Assembly: GCA_043228905.1 (NCBI GenBank)
Contig: JBHGNT010000002.1
Location: forward strand, 5,146,001 to 5,210,000
Length of the DNA: 64,000 bases
Reading direction: 5' to 3'
Origin: Azolla caroliniana
Taxonomy: Eukaryota > Plantae > Polypodiophyta
The notes under the pieces were generated by a model that was not told where the DNA came from, made no database searches, and was given only the letters and a program-made list of their open reading frames with translations. The position numbers were made by a program, and so were the translations under genes. Of the stretch, positions 48,488 to 61,469 are shown piece after piece (the first letter of the stretch is position 1; each line of letters opens with the position of its first letter).

Positions 48488-51400
48488 CACAATTACGCAC
48501 TCAAATCTTGCACCAACAAGAATAACAACTACAACATCACTAAGTTTGCCCTAAGTCATATTTATACTAATATGACTTTTCGGCTATTTACAAATATAGC
48601 CCCGATGGACTCTCAGAAAACATATTTATGAATATGTCCCTTCATCCGGTGAGCACTTCTCACCGGGCCTTCACCATCCGGCTCTTGCCGAGTACTCGTC
48701 ATCCGGTTCTCACCGGGTTTTCCGTAGCCGGGTACTCCACATCCGGTTCTCACCGCGTCTTCCGTTGCCGGGTACTCCACATCTGGTTTCGGTATTCTCA
48801 CTTCCCATCCGGAGGGACCTATTTCCTAACATGGAGAGGGTGGGAGAGGGTCCTAATATGTCTTGGTATTCCGCCCGTATCTCGGCATAAGTTGGGCCCT
48901 TGCATGTGAAGTGATACTCATCCTCTATCTCTATGTGGCATAACCTACATAGCCTTTCCTCTTGAGGGACTCTATTAGCTTGACCACTCTAAATCTCAAG
49001 TTGGTGAGATGATATCCTAAGTTGTCCAATGGCCACCCTTAGTGCATTTGATAAGAATGTATCTAGATATCTTGGTCGTGTAATACAACCTAACTTAGAG
49101 AAGTTCAAGAAGTGTTCCTTATAGTACAACATTTTAGATGGGAGTGGCTCTCGTGGGGTGATCCATTTATATCGAGTGTAAATTTGCCATATTTCTTGGC
49201 GTATCACTTTATTACGGTCTTCATGAGAGATTAGAGTTTGATCAGTCCCATGGTTGTACTTGAGGGGAGGTAGGTTATTAATGTCTATGCCGTTTGCAAG
49301 TAACCAACCCACCACAGTGTTATACCAAGAGCTAGTGTCTCCAGACGCATGTAGGGATCGGGATGCCTCAAAGGCTTGATGGGATATCCTATCTTGTGGT
49401 TGGCTATGTATCTGATGAATAAAAACTACCACTTGAAAAAGTGCTTCTACTAACATCGGGGCAAACTGAACTCTACTCTAATAATGTCATGTGGTACTGT
49501 CGATTTGCTTCGGAGTTGACCTGATAACATCGTCACCAAAGGTCTCGCTAATTGCGTCCACATGAAAGATGGTAGACCTAGAGCCCATACTACTAATGCA
49601 TACATGAGGGAAGGGGACACTAATGAGTCGAAGAGCCATCCCTTAGTTCGTGGCTCTTGAAAGGATGCCTGGTGGCATTGTCTCTCTAAGAGTGAGAGGG
49701 ATGCATACCCTCTCATTAGCCTATCTTTGGTTGCTTGGGTCATCAAGAATTTACCTGAGTGAGCACTGAAAGTGACTCCCAAGTATACATATAATCCAAC
49801 TACCTCAACTAGTTTATGAGAGAGGATTAGGTGACATTTATTCCTAACTCGGAACGATGTATGAAATCTAAGGACTTTAGTTTTTGCTAAATTCACTAGC
49901 AGTCCTCGTTGTGTACAAAAGTCATCTAGGGTATTGAGATGCTTTTGTAGGTCGTGTTCTGACTCCGAGAGCAAGACAATGTCATCTGCATAGAGTAAGA
50001 GACTAACTTGCGTATCCCCAATAGCTACTCCCTTGCCTCCCTTACGAGCAATAAAATTAGTGATCTCATCAATGTAGATCCCAAAAAGACTCGGTGATAG
50101 GGGGCAACCCTGTTTTACACCAATGGAGCTAGTGAGGCAATCGGATAGGCCACCTGGGCATCTTACGTACCTAGAGACTTGCTCATATAGGGCATAAATG
50201 GCCTAGATCATGTCATTTGGTATTCCCAAGCTCTTAAGTCCATCAAACAACCTCTCCCTAGGAATTGTGTCAAAGGCTTTGTGGAAGTCCACAAAGCAAC
50301 AATATAGTTTCTTCTTACGAGCCTTCGTCTGGTCAATTAAGCACCTAAGTGTGAAGATATGGTCAATAGTGGAGAAGGCTCGTCTAAAGCCAACCTGCTC
50401 AGGTACTCGAAGATTTAATGTTTCCATATAATCGTTGAGCTCCGCTTCCATTACTACGCCATATAGTTTAGCGAGCATGTGCCCTATCATAATGGTCCTA
50501 TATGTATTTGCTTACATTGGGTCCCCTCCTTTATGTATAGGGGCCACTGTGTTCATGGTCCATTGTGGTGGAAAATCCTCGGCTAGGGCGTGGTTGAAGA
50601 TTAGAGTGAGAAAGGGGGCTAGGCACTCTCGAGCATATATGATGTGCTCGACTCGCAATCCTGTGTGGTCCATGGATTTCCGATGTTGTAATTTTTTTAT
50701 GACCTTCGTGACCCTAGAGGTCGTAAAGTGCCCCCATGGTAGGTCGAGGTGTGGAAGGCATTGGAAGGGTTGGTTGATTCGGGACATGGTAGAGTCTCTC
50801 GATATATGTGTGCCAAATATTGGGATCCTCGATGGGTGTTTGTGGTCGCGATTCCCATAGTCTCTTCCATGCAAGGGCATAGTCCCTCCTCATGAGCATA
50901 TGGTAGTGTTCCCAATATTGAGATGCTTCCCAAGCTCGTCTTTTACGACGTGTCATCTTGCGCATCTCTTTGTGAGCCTGTACTAAGGAAATAGTACCAC
51001 TAAGTCGTGACACTTTAAGTTGTCTATACAAATCTCTACAATCCTCATCATACCACTTGTTTCTTGTATGGGAAGCTACTAATTGTTGTTGAGTGAAGGA
51101 TGTGTGCGAGTTCTGTAGTGAGGTTCTCTAAAGGCAAGGAAGAATCAAAAGAGGAGAGATGGGCTTGAACATGTCGGGAGTAGATATCAGCGAGGCTCAT
51201 GTGTGAAATGTATTATGGTGTGATGGTTTGGTTGACTAGAGTTGGTGGCGTGGGAGGTGTCACATTTTAGCTCAAAGTATAGGAAGCTATGGTCTACACC
51301 AATGGGGCATGGGGCAACCCAGAAGGAGTTAACCATGTGGGTAGCTTCAAGGCGTCCTATTAGGTAATCAATTGTGCTTTCCCCTCCTCCATGGGGAAAC

Positions 51401-51492
51401 ATGTGAGCCAATTGGCTAAGCCATTATATATGATCATATGTGTCGGCTTCCAAGTTCAAGCAGATGATGGCCAAAGCTTGTGGAGTCCGCAC

Positions 51493-51495
<3 letters not shown>

Positions 51496-51559
<64 letters not shown>
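51496..51559. repeat. (GA)n microsatellite at the LINE 5' junction inside the copia Y 5' LTR
   Basis: About 32 GA units; a shorter (GA)n lies at 31963-31981 at the other junction. Confidence 0.95.
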
Positions 51560-51560
<1 letters not shown>

Positions 51561-52999
51561 GTTTCTGTTGTAACCGCTGGTTGGGCAAAGATATAGAGCT
51601 TGAAGTCGTTGCCTCTGTGACTCTTACTATAATAACTCTTCTCTATAGTGATCCTATTCAGAGTTAGAAAACTCCTGTGGTTTTTCCCGTATAGGGTTTC
51701 CACGTTAATATCCTGTGTCGACTTATTTCCTGTTTTTATTTGTTTCTTCCATTGAACCTCGGTTGTGGACAAGAGTGACTCCTCTCAATCTGGTATCAGA
51801 GCAAAGTTCCAAACTTCAAACCAAGAAAGAGCATAGAAGATCCATTCGTTGGCATGTTCAAGCTCACCAGCTCCAACTACTCAATGTGGAAGTTGAGGAT
51901 TAGGGACATGTTGGTGGTAAAAGATCTTTGGCTGTTGGTGCAGTTTGGGGATGCAAAATCGGACAAAATAGATGCGCCAACGTGGGAGGTGATGCACATG
52001 AAGATAACTGCCTACATTCGATTCTTCATCGACATGAGATTGTATAACAATTTCAATGAGGAGAAGAAAGCTCACGAGCTCTAGGAGAAGATAGGCACCA
52101 TGTTTGAGAACAAGAATGTCGTAAATCGAGTCTCAATATTCCGGATGTTAGTGAAACTCAGATATCAAGATGGCTCTAGCATGTCGGAGCACATGAATGC
52201 ATTCCAAGGGCTTATAAATCAGGATTCCTCGTTGGAGGTACCTCTAGCCGACGAGATACTCATGTTGTTACTGCTTAGTTCCCTCCCGGATAGTTGGGAG
52301 ACATTAGTTGTCACTTTGGGCAATGCCGGGTTGGACGGTAAACACCTAGTATCCCTAGCGAGAGTAAAATCAAGCTTATTGGGTGAAGAGGCTCGTCGGA
52401 AAGACAAGTGATCTCCGACTCAAAAGCCCTAGTTTATGAAACTGACACACAACGAGAGAGAGGCCGGAATCGGAGTCCCCAGAACCGGGAAAAGTCAAGG
52501 ACGAGGTCAAAGTCAAGGGTGAGGCCCACATGCTTCTATTGTAGGAAGTCAGGGCACTTCCTGAAGAACTACTGACACTTCCGGAAGGAGAAAGGGGGAG
52601 CCAACAATGCCATCTCGAAGAAGGATCCTGAGCAGAAGAGTTTGGATCAGAAAGGAATGTCGACAATTGCGACAAGAGAGGAAGAACTACTGCTCATAAC
52701 AAGGAGAGCGAGCTACATCTTGTCAGCGATGAAACGACGTGGGTGGTTGACTCTGGAGCGTCGTTCCATCTTACTCCCAGCCGGAAGTGCTTCACATCCT
52801 ACAAAGTTAGAGATCACGATTGCGTGAGGATGGAGAATGTAGGTGCATGTCGAATTGCCGGCATAGGAGACATGTGGGACATGTGGCTGACAACATCAAC
52901 CGGGTGCAAGTTACTGTTGAAAGATGTCCCACATGTAGCTTGAGAGGTGCACCGATTGCTTGGCCGACAAGCAGAACCGAACCTCTTTCCGGTCAAGAC

Positions 53000-53362
53000 T
53001 GCCATGGACAAGATGGAATGTAAGGGGTTGAACCCATGACCTCCTAGTCTTATTGGGCAACCTTACCAATTGAGCTACATCCATTGATGCATTTTTGTGT
53101 TGTATAAGATTCAACTTATTACATTGTAGGTTAATGACTAGAACTTTCAAGAAACTTCTAGAGAATGCATCTTCATACACTCTCTAGAAGTTTCCATGCA
53201 CTCTCTAGATGTTTCCTAGCTTACATGCATATCTCCACATTCTTGTATAAATACTTGGGTGCACCTTGATTACAATCAAGGTGAAAAACAACAGTTACAG
53301 AAGCATAATTTAGTTATTGCCCTCTTGTCTACTTTCTCTCTCTTTCTTGCTCTCTTTTCTAT

Positions 53363-53425
<63 letters not shown>

Positions 53426-54385
53426 AGTATTTAACCTCATCATCCGTGACAGTTTGTTCACCTTCCTCTTCTTGTTACCATGTCTGACTCAGTCAACAAC
53501 TTAAACCACGTAATGGTAGTCTTAAAACAACTTCAACTAGAAAATGAAAGCCTTCCTCAATCATTACACTTAGCATAGAATGAACCATACGTATCATACG
53601 TGCATTCGCATTCGAGAATGATTCAATCACGTGTATGGTAAATCATCTCAACAATGGATTGGATATATAAGAATGGTATTGATTGAATCACATGTCATCA
53701 AGTTTCAATACTTTAGAAATTATTAAAGTACTAAACATTAGAAAGAGAGAAAAAGAGGGAGAGAGAGCAAGGGAGTGGCAGGTGTTATGAGCTAAAGCTT
53801 GAACTTCTATGGCAGTATTCCCAGGACCATTCACCTTCCTTCTCTTCGTCCTCCTCAAATTCTTCCTATTGTTCTAATCACCACCATCATCATGATGACT
53901 CTGATTCTGTTTTTGTTTCTCAGGATCACCATGGTCCATGACTATGATTCATCTGATTATGAGGATCACCATGTTATGATTCATTTGATTCTCGTCGACA
54001 CGGTGGATCAAGCTTCTGTTCTTCTTGCTCATCATCATGGTGTTCTTGAGATTAATGTTGGCTCTGAGCATGTCTCTTGCTCTAAGAATCTCCTCCCTCA
54101 TTCTCTCCACGATCATGAGCCACACCTACTGCCCAGAGCTCCCCATCGCTCCCCATGAATTATACTGAGGAGGCTGAGATGTAGCAGAAGCGATGGAGCA
54201 TTGCATCCATGGCCTGGCGACAGAATCGTTGTAAAGAAGATCGCCATAGCCATAGCCGTAGACTATGTGGAAACAAGGAGGATCAAGAAACACAACAAAA
54301 TGGTTAGAGAAATCATGGACGCCAAGGTATGGTGCATGAGTGGTGTTCTGATCATGAGTAGTACTAGAAGAAGATTCATGAGGAG

Positions 54386-54423
<38 letters not shown>

Positions 54424-57400
54424 AAAGAAAAAGTGAAAAAAGTATAAAAAAAGGAACACGTATTTTTCCCTTTTCAAACGTGTTCATTTCCAAACATTTG
54501 AATGCTTCCACGAACACGGATATTATGTTCTATGCTTACGAGAGCTTCAAAATGGCACATCCAATAACCCCCCACTTGTCGAGCCTCACCCTCCGTCAGC
54601 ACGTAGCCCAACCCCTTCCTCTTCCCATTCATATGTCCTCGAACCTAGCATCAACCTACCTAACAAATTCAATGGCTCGAGGCCGCATCTTCGCGACTTC
54701 ACCAATCAAATTTGTCTTATCATCCGCTTACAACCCCAACATTATGCTAACAATTTCTCTTGGGTCGGCCTTGTTGGCACCCTTCTCTCTAGGCCGGCAC
54801 AAGCGTGATTTGCACCATTGATCGAGACCCCATCCCCACTCTTAGACAACTGTCTTGCCTTCCTTGCAGAGCTTGAAGCCACATTCGGAGAGACAGACCA
54901 GTGGCGAATGGTAGTCACGAAGGTCTATTCCTTACAACAAGGCTCTCGTTCAGCTTCAGTCTATGCTTAAGAGTTTCCTCAAATTGCGTGCAATGTCAGT
55001 TGGGATGACCAAGCCTTACGCGACTAGTTTCGTTGAGGCCTCCGAAACGATGTCAAGACTCTTCTCTTAAACTTTCCGAAGCCCACATCGTTGTCTCAGG
55101 TAATCTCCCAAGCCTTTCAATGTGATAATTGTCTTTTTGAGTTTTGACAAGAGGAATGGGGAACTCGAGGCTTCCCGTCCTCCTCCCGCAATGCTCCACT
55201 CACAAGGCCATATATATTAGTTTCGCCAAGCACGCTACGGGTGCCATCCTCCAATGATACTCATACCCCGATGGAGGTCGACCCCCATACCCCAATTGAG
55301 ATTGACCATGCTCGGTTCCAACCATTAACCAATGCTCGACAACAACATCGACGTGACAATGGCCTCTGCCTCTATTCTGGTACCTCCGGCCATGTCATCC
55401 GCCATTGCCCAATGCGTAGGCCTCATCAGCAATCCCACCATGCACGTCTTGCAGAGGTTTCTCGAAAATAGGACAACGACCAAGTTTGACTGCATTAGGA
55501 GCCATGCCACTTGACACTTTCTGTTACCCTACTTCTCTGTGCTCCTAGAATTCAGGCACACCAGCATGAGGTTTTACTTTGCAAGTAAGTCTTTGTTTTG
55601 GTTCTACTTCAATACAATCCCATGCCTTGCTCGATCTGGTGCATCTACTTGTTTCATTGATATCGCATTCATCTGAGCACATAAAATCCAACCGTCCGCA
55701 CAACACAACCCATATCCGTTGAAGTTATCAACAAATGGGTTCTCTCTTCGGGGGTGGTTACCGAAGCCACTATCCCGTTGGTACTCCAAGTCGGGTTCCA
55801 CCATGAGGTATTAGCATTCTACCTCATTGCAACCCCTTGAAATCCAATTGTTTTAGGGATCTCTTGGTTGGAAACACATAATCCGACGGTGGATTGGTGT
55901 AGCCGCTCCATCACTTTTCCAACAACACCATTGCAAGTCACGACTCCCCACCCCGTTACTTGTGTGGGGGCTGCTTTTAGCTTGGGTGCACATTCTTCTG
56001 ATTTCAACTTAGTCTCTAACACTGCTAATTCCGTTGTGGTCAATTCTAGCTTGGTCGCTTCTATGCCCGTTGTGTCACAAGACGTCTCTATTCTGGTCAC
56101 CAATTTGCCTGCAAGATATAGAGACTTTTTGGATGTGTTCGAAAAGCGAAATGCAGACCAATTACCGGCACACCGCCTCAATGATTGCCCAATTGAACTC
56201 CAAGGTGGCACACATCCACCATTCGGGCCCATCTATGGGCTATCCGAACCCGAACTTGAGGCTCTTTGCACATATCTGGATGAAAACCTCGCCAAGGGCT
56301 TCATTCAACCCTCCAAATCACCGGTTGGGGCCCCAATCTTATTTGTCAAGAAGAAGGACAGCTCATTATGACTATGTGTAGATTATCGGGGTCTCAACAA
56401 AATTACGATACATAATCGTTATTCCTTGCCTTTAATTCCAACACTCCTCAACCAACTTTGAACCGGGCGTATCTTCTCCAAAATCGACCTTCAAGGAGCC
56501 TACAATTTGGTGCGTATCAAGCCTGGAGACGAGTGGAAAACGGCCTTCTAGGCACGCTATGGACATTTCAAGTACAAGGTGATGTCTTTCGGTATCACCA
56601 ATGCCCCCACGGTCTTCTAGCATATGATGAACAATATATTTCGGGAGTAATATCTTGATCACTTCGTGGTGATCTACCTTGACGACATTCTAGTTTTTTC
56701 TTCCAACATAGAGGAGCATACACAACACATCCACCTGGTTCTATCCAAACTTCGGGAACATGGAATTTACGCCAAAAGTGAGAAATGTGAATTGGATCGG
56801 ACCTCTGTCGAATTCCTAAGCTACGTGATATCACAATGGATGCACGCAAGGTAGCGGCAATCACCAATTGGCCTGTCCCTACACGGTTGAAAGAGGCACA
56901 ATCATTTCTTGGTTTTGCGAATTTCTATCAACAATTTATCAATGGTTTTTCCTTTTTAATGCAACCTCTAATAATCCTGACTAGAAATGATACTCCATTT
57001 CTTTGGACCTCCACGGCGCAAAAGTGCTTATGATGCCCTCAAGGCAGCTTTTCTCACAGCCCCAGTGTTTGGTCCACCCCAACCCACAAGGCCCTTCCAA
57101 GTTGAAACCGACGCCTCTGACTTGGAGTTGTCCTATCCCAACCACACGACGTTTACAACCCTGGAAATCAATTATCCGCTCTACAACAAGGAACTTGCAA
57201 CAATCATTTCTGCCTTCGCCAAATGGCGACCCTATTTGGTTGGGGCCCAACATCATATCCAAGTGTTGACCAACCACAAAAATCTAATTTACTTCACCAG
57301 CAGTCGTACATTGAATCGGAGGCACGCCCGATGGTCATCTTTTCTCATCGCCAACGACTTCGAGATTTTGTTTCAACCTGGAGTTCAACATGGGAAAGTT

Positions 57401-59392
57401 GATGCACTCCCTCGGCGACCTGATTTCGTGTTGCACACAGGGATGACGCATATTCGCAACAATCCCATTGTTTGTTGAGGCCAGATCAACTTTAGATCTT
57501 CGCCACCTGCATGTTGCATGATGATTCTTTGTTCAACGAGATCGACACGACAACCATGTCTAACCCATTCGCCAAAGATATCATGGCCCGCATCAATGAC
57601 CCATCCCCGGACATGAAAAGCTCATATCTCAAGCAATTTACAACCCGAGATGGGTTACTATATCATAATCATCTCCTATACATTCCCGAAGGATCGTGTC
57701 GTATATAGGTAATACAAAACTGGCATGATGATCCTCTTGCCAGCCACTTTGGGGTCACAAAAACCCTGGAGTTGCTAGCTCAGGGGTTTTGGTGGCCCCA
57801 ACCTTGGAAATTTGTCAAGGAATTTATCAAGACAAGTGATGTATGTGCTCGGTCCAAAACAGCCCACCATCGGCCATACGGTCTTCTCCACCCGCTCCCA
57901 ATTCCAAGTCGACCATGGGCCTCTCTATTCATGGACTTTATAACCGACCTCCCTCTGGTCGGTGGCCATGACACGGTGCTAGTAATTGTCGATCAATTTT
58001 CGAAGATGGCTCACTTTGTCCCATGTTCCAAAACCATTTCCGAAGAACAGACAACTAACCTTTTTCTTAAAAATGTTGTCTGATTACACGGCTTACCTGA
58101 GAATATCACCTCTGATCGAGGTTCTCAATTCATTTCCCACTTTTGGCGATGACTTTTGCAGACATTTGGGACTTTCTGTAAACTTGTCATCAGCATACCA
58201 TCCTCAAACTGATGGATAAACTGAACAAGTCAACCAAATCCTCAAACAATACCTCCGGTGTACCGTGAGCTACCAACAAGAGGATTGGGTAGACTTCCTT
58301 GCAATGGCGGAATTTTCCTACAATAATAGTATCCATGCTACGACTAAGGTTTCCCCCTTCTTTACAAACTCTGGATTTCACCCTCGTTTCAGCATTTCCA
58401 TACCTGCAACTTCGTTCAATCCTTCGACAGAGACACATGCCCGCACTTTACACGATGTCCATTGTGACCTCTCCTTGGAGCTCTGTGTCGTTGGCAACCA
58501 GTATAAAGATCAGGCGAACCAACATCGTTTGGTTGCACCGACGTTTGCAGTCGGGGACATGGTTTGGTTGTTACGTCGTCACATCATCATTGCATGTCCT
58601 TGTGCAAATTTGGACTACAAAAGACTAGGGCCCTTCCATATCATCGAGTGGATCAACCCAATCGCCTTCCTGTTAGCACTTCCTCCAACATTCAAGATTC
58701 ACGATGTTTTTCACGTTTCCCTCAAACTCTACCATCCTTCTCGAAATCCGGGACGACAACCTCCTCCACTGCCACCTGTGGAATTGTCGACGTGGGAAGA
58801 ATATGAGGTTGACCAAATCCTCGACTCCCGCTATCGTCGTCGACAACTCCAATATTTGGTATTATGGAGAGGTTACCCCATTTCTGACGCCACATAGGAA
58901 CCCATTACACATTTACAAAATGCTCCAAAGGCCATTCGCGATTTTCATCAACAATACCCACATAAATCGATTGCGGGTCCTAGGAGGCGGCCTTAGAGGG
59001 AGGAGAATGTCATGGACACGATGGAATGTAGGGGGTTGAACACATGACCTCTTAGTCTTATTGGGCAACCTTACTAGTTGAGCTACATCCATCTATGTGT
59101 TATTGTATTGTATAAGATTCAACTTATTAGATTGTAAGTTAATCACTAGAACTTTCAAGAAACTTCTAGAGAATGCATCTTCATGCATTCTCTAGATGTT
59201 TCCTAGCTTAGATGCATATCTCCACATTCTTGTATAAATACTTGGGTGCAATCAAGGTGAACAACACCAGTTATAGAAGCATAATTCAGTTCTCGCCCTC
59301 TTGTCCACTTCCTCTCTCTCCTTCTTGCTCTCTTGTCTATGCTCTCTCTATCTTTCTCTCTCTCTTAGTATTTAGCCTCGTCGTCCGTGACA
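53000..59392 (+). mobile_element. Gypsy D: full-length degenerate Tcn1-like chromovirus inserted in copia Y; LTRs 53000-53451 and 59008-59392
   Basis: Matching LTRs TGyCATGGAC...CCGTGACA; TSD AAGAC/GAGAC (52995-52999, 59393-59397). Gag, PR, RT (IYLDDIL), RH (VETDASD, KELATI), IN (MDFITDLP, AYHPQTDG, GPF) and chromodomain EYEVDQILDSR...QYLVLWRGY (~58797-58960); PPT AGAGGGAGGAGAA. Confidence 0.93.
53572..54536. mobile_element. ~965-bp non-autonomous TIR (MITE-like) insertion in gypsy D gag
   Basis: Inverted ends AGCATAGAA (53572-53580) / TTCTATGCT (54528-54536). Gag reads ...QSL|RELQ across the insert. The TSD is not clean (TTA/TTAC possible). Confidence 0.55.
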
Positions 59393-59397
59393 GAGAC

Positions 59398-61469
59398 CAC
59401 CAACAAGACAGAAAGAACCACTAGAGCTCGTGCATACGGATGTATGCCAAGTGGACATGAAGTCACACGTTGGGTCGCAGTACTTCATGACGTTCATAGA
59501 TGACTACAGCCGGAAGCGGTGGGCCTCACCGCTAAAGACGGAGGATCAGGTACTAACCATCTTCAAGGAGTTCCATGCAAGAGTGGAAAGAGAAACCGGT
59601 CGGAAGCTAAAAGTAGTTCGAGCACACAATGGAGGAGAATATCGAGGGCAGTTTGAGGATTACTATCGCTCATAGGGAATTCAGCTCGAATTTACCATGC
59701 CGAAGATGTCGGAGCTGAACGGATTGGCCGAAAGGATGAACCGGATTGTGATGGAGAGATTCCAGAGCATGTTGGCACTAATGACAACAACGTACGTGAT
59801 AAATAGATCACCCTCATTACCCTTGGACGGAGACACACCAAAGAGAGTATGAACCAATAAAAACGTGACTTGCCGGCACTTGAAGGTGTTTGGTTGTCTC
59901 GCCTATGTACATGTAGCCTAGAGTGTGCTACTGACAAACCAAGGGGAGCCGGAAAGCTTTGAAGAATCAATAAGGGACCATGTAGGAAAATGGTTGAGTG
60001 CCATGCAAGACGAAATGGATTCCATGCATGAGAACCATACATATGAATTGGCAGAGCTACCGAAAGGAAAGAGACCACTCCGGAACAAGTGGGTGTACAA
60101 GTTAAAACCGACAGATGTCGGAAATCCACCAATATACAAAGCCCAGATCATGGTGAAAGGATTCCAGTAGAAGAAAGGAGTGGATTTCGACGAGATTTTT
60201 GTCCAGTTAGTCAAGATGACATCCATCCGGACAGTGTTGAGCATAGTGGCAAGCATGAACCTCGAGGTTGAGCAACTAGACGTCAACACGACGTTCCTAC
60301 ACTGTGACCTCGAGGAAGAGATCTACATGAAGTAGCCGAAGGGATTCGTCAAGAAAGGGAAGGAGAACCTGGTGTGCCAATTAAACAAGAGCTTATATGG
60401 ACTGAAGCAAGCCCCCTGGCAATGGTACAGGAAGCTCGACTCCTTCATGACCGATCAAGGATACCACAAGACGCAGGCCGACCACTGCGTATTTGTGAAG
60501 AAGTTCGACGGAGGAGACTTCCTGATACTATTGTTGTATGTGGACGACATGCTGATTGTCGAACGGGACCATATCAACATCGAGATGCTGAAGAAGGCCT
60601 TCAGCCGGTCATTCGCAATGAAAGATATGGATCCGGCGAGACAGATTTTGGGGATGCACATAATTTGGGACGCGTTGAAGAAACAGTTGTGGCTGTCACA
60701 GGAGAAGTACGTGACAAAGGTACTTCAAAGGTTCAACATGTCGGATGTTAAGCCAGTCGGGTCGACACTTCCGACAAATTGCAAACTATCCAGAAAACAG
60801 AGCCCGAAGACAAAAGTAGAGAAGTCAGAAATGATGAAGATATTGTATGCCTCTGTAGTTGGAAGCCTCATGTACACAATGGTGTATACACGACTAGACA
60901 TCGGATATGCAGTCGGGGTGGTCATCCGGTGCATGAGCAATCCGAGAAGAGAACATTGGGCCGTCGTCAAGTGGATACTTCGGTACATAAAAGGCACCTT
61001 GAGCTTGTGCCTCCGATTTGGCTCAGATAAAGCCCAACTTAAATGATTCACCGATTCAGACATGTCATATGCAGGGGGAGCCGTATCGTGGCAATCAAGG
61101 TCGTAGAAGTCTGTTGCACTATCGATAACAAAAGCGGAGTACATGGCATGCATGGAAGCCAGCAAGGAAGCAACCTAGATGAGGGACCTCATTGGAGAGC
61201 TGGGAATCCGACATGAGGAATACCGGCTCTATCGGGACAGTCAACGCGCCATCCACCTTGCAAAGAACGCAATCTACCACTCCATGACAAAGCACATCCA
61301 ACGCATATACCACTGGCATTGGGAGAGAGTAGAAGATCAAGACTTCACTCTAGTGAAGATCCACACGGAGGAGAACGGATCGGATATGTTGACCAAGGTG
61401 CTATCAGCTGACAAACTAGACGAGTGTCGGAGACGAATCGGATTGGCAAGGAACCCCATGCCGGAGTGA
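59398..61469 (+). pseudogene. Copia Y integrase (partly deleted), RT, RNase H
   Basis: HTDVCQ, NGGEY, WLSAMQDEMDS, LYVDDML, TKHIQR in broken ORFs. Confidence 0.88.

Larger units (their letters stand above)
32612..48831 (-). mobile_element. Copia X (same broad family as copia Y), full-length but disrupted; 5' LTR 48831-48182, 3' LTR 33220-32612
   Basis: TSD TGGAG at 32607-32611 and 48832-48836. PBS tRNA-iMet 48178-48167; gag from 48151, CCHC ~47450, PR WVVDSSASFH ~47230; IN/RT/RH 35964-33233; PPT TGAAGGGGGAG ~33235-33225. Confidence 0.95.
31981..51495 (-). mobile_element. Non-LTR retrotransposon (LINE; APE + RT + C-terminal Cys/His motif, RTE-X-like), 5'-truncated, in two pieces (51495-48832 and 32611-31981) split by copia X
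   Basis: APE end (FGHHLLELG...IYNG...STIDYLIG...VDH); RT QVGFR, FVDFHKAFD, GVKQGCPLSP, LLYADD, YVYLG; C-terminal QLRISSHQLEI...RLC..C..EIEDEYHF.C. The reading frame rejoins across copia X (PTLS|KLLDTP). Flanked by (GA)n on both sides. Confidence 0.88.
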
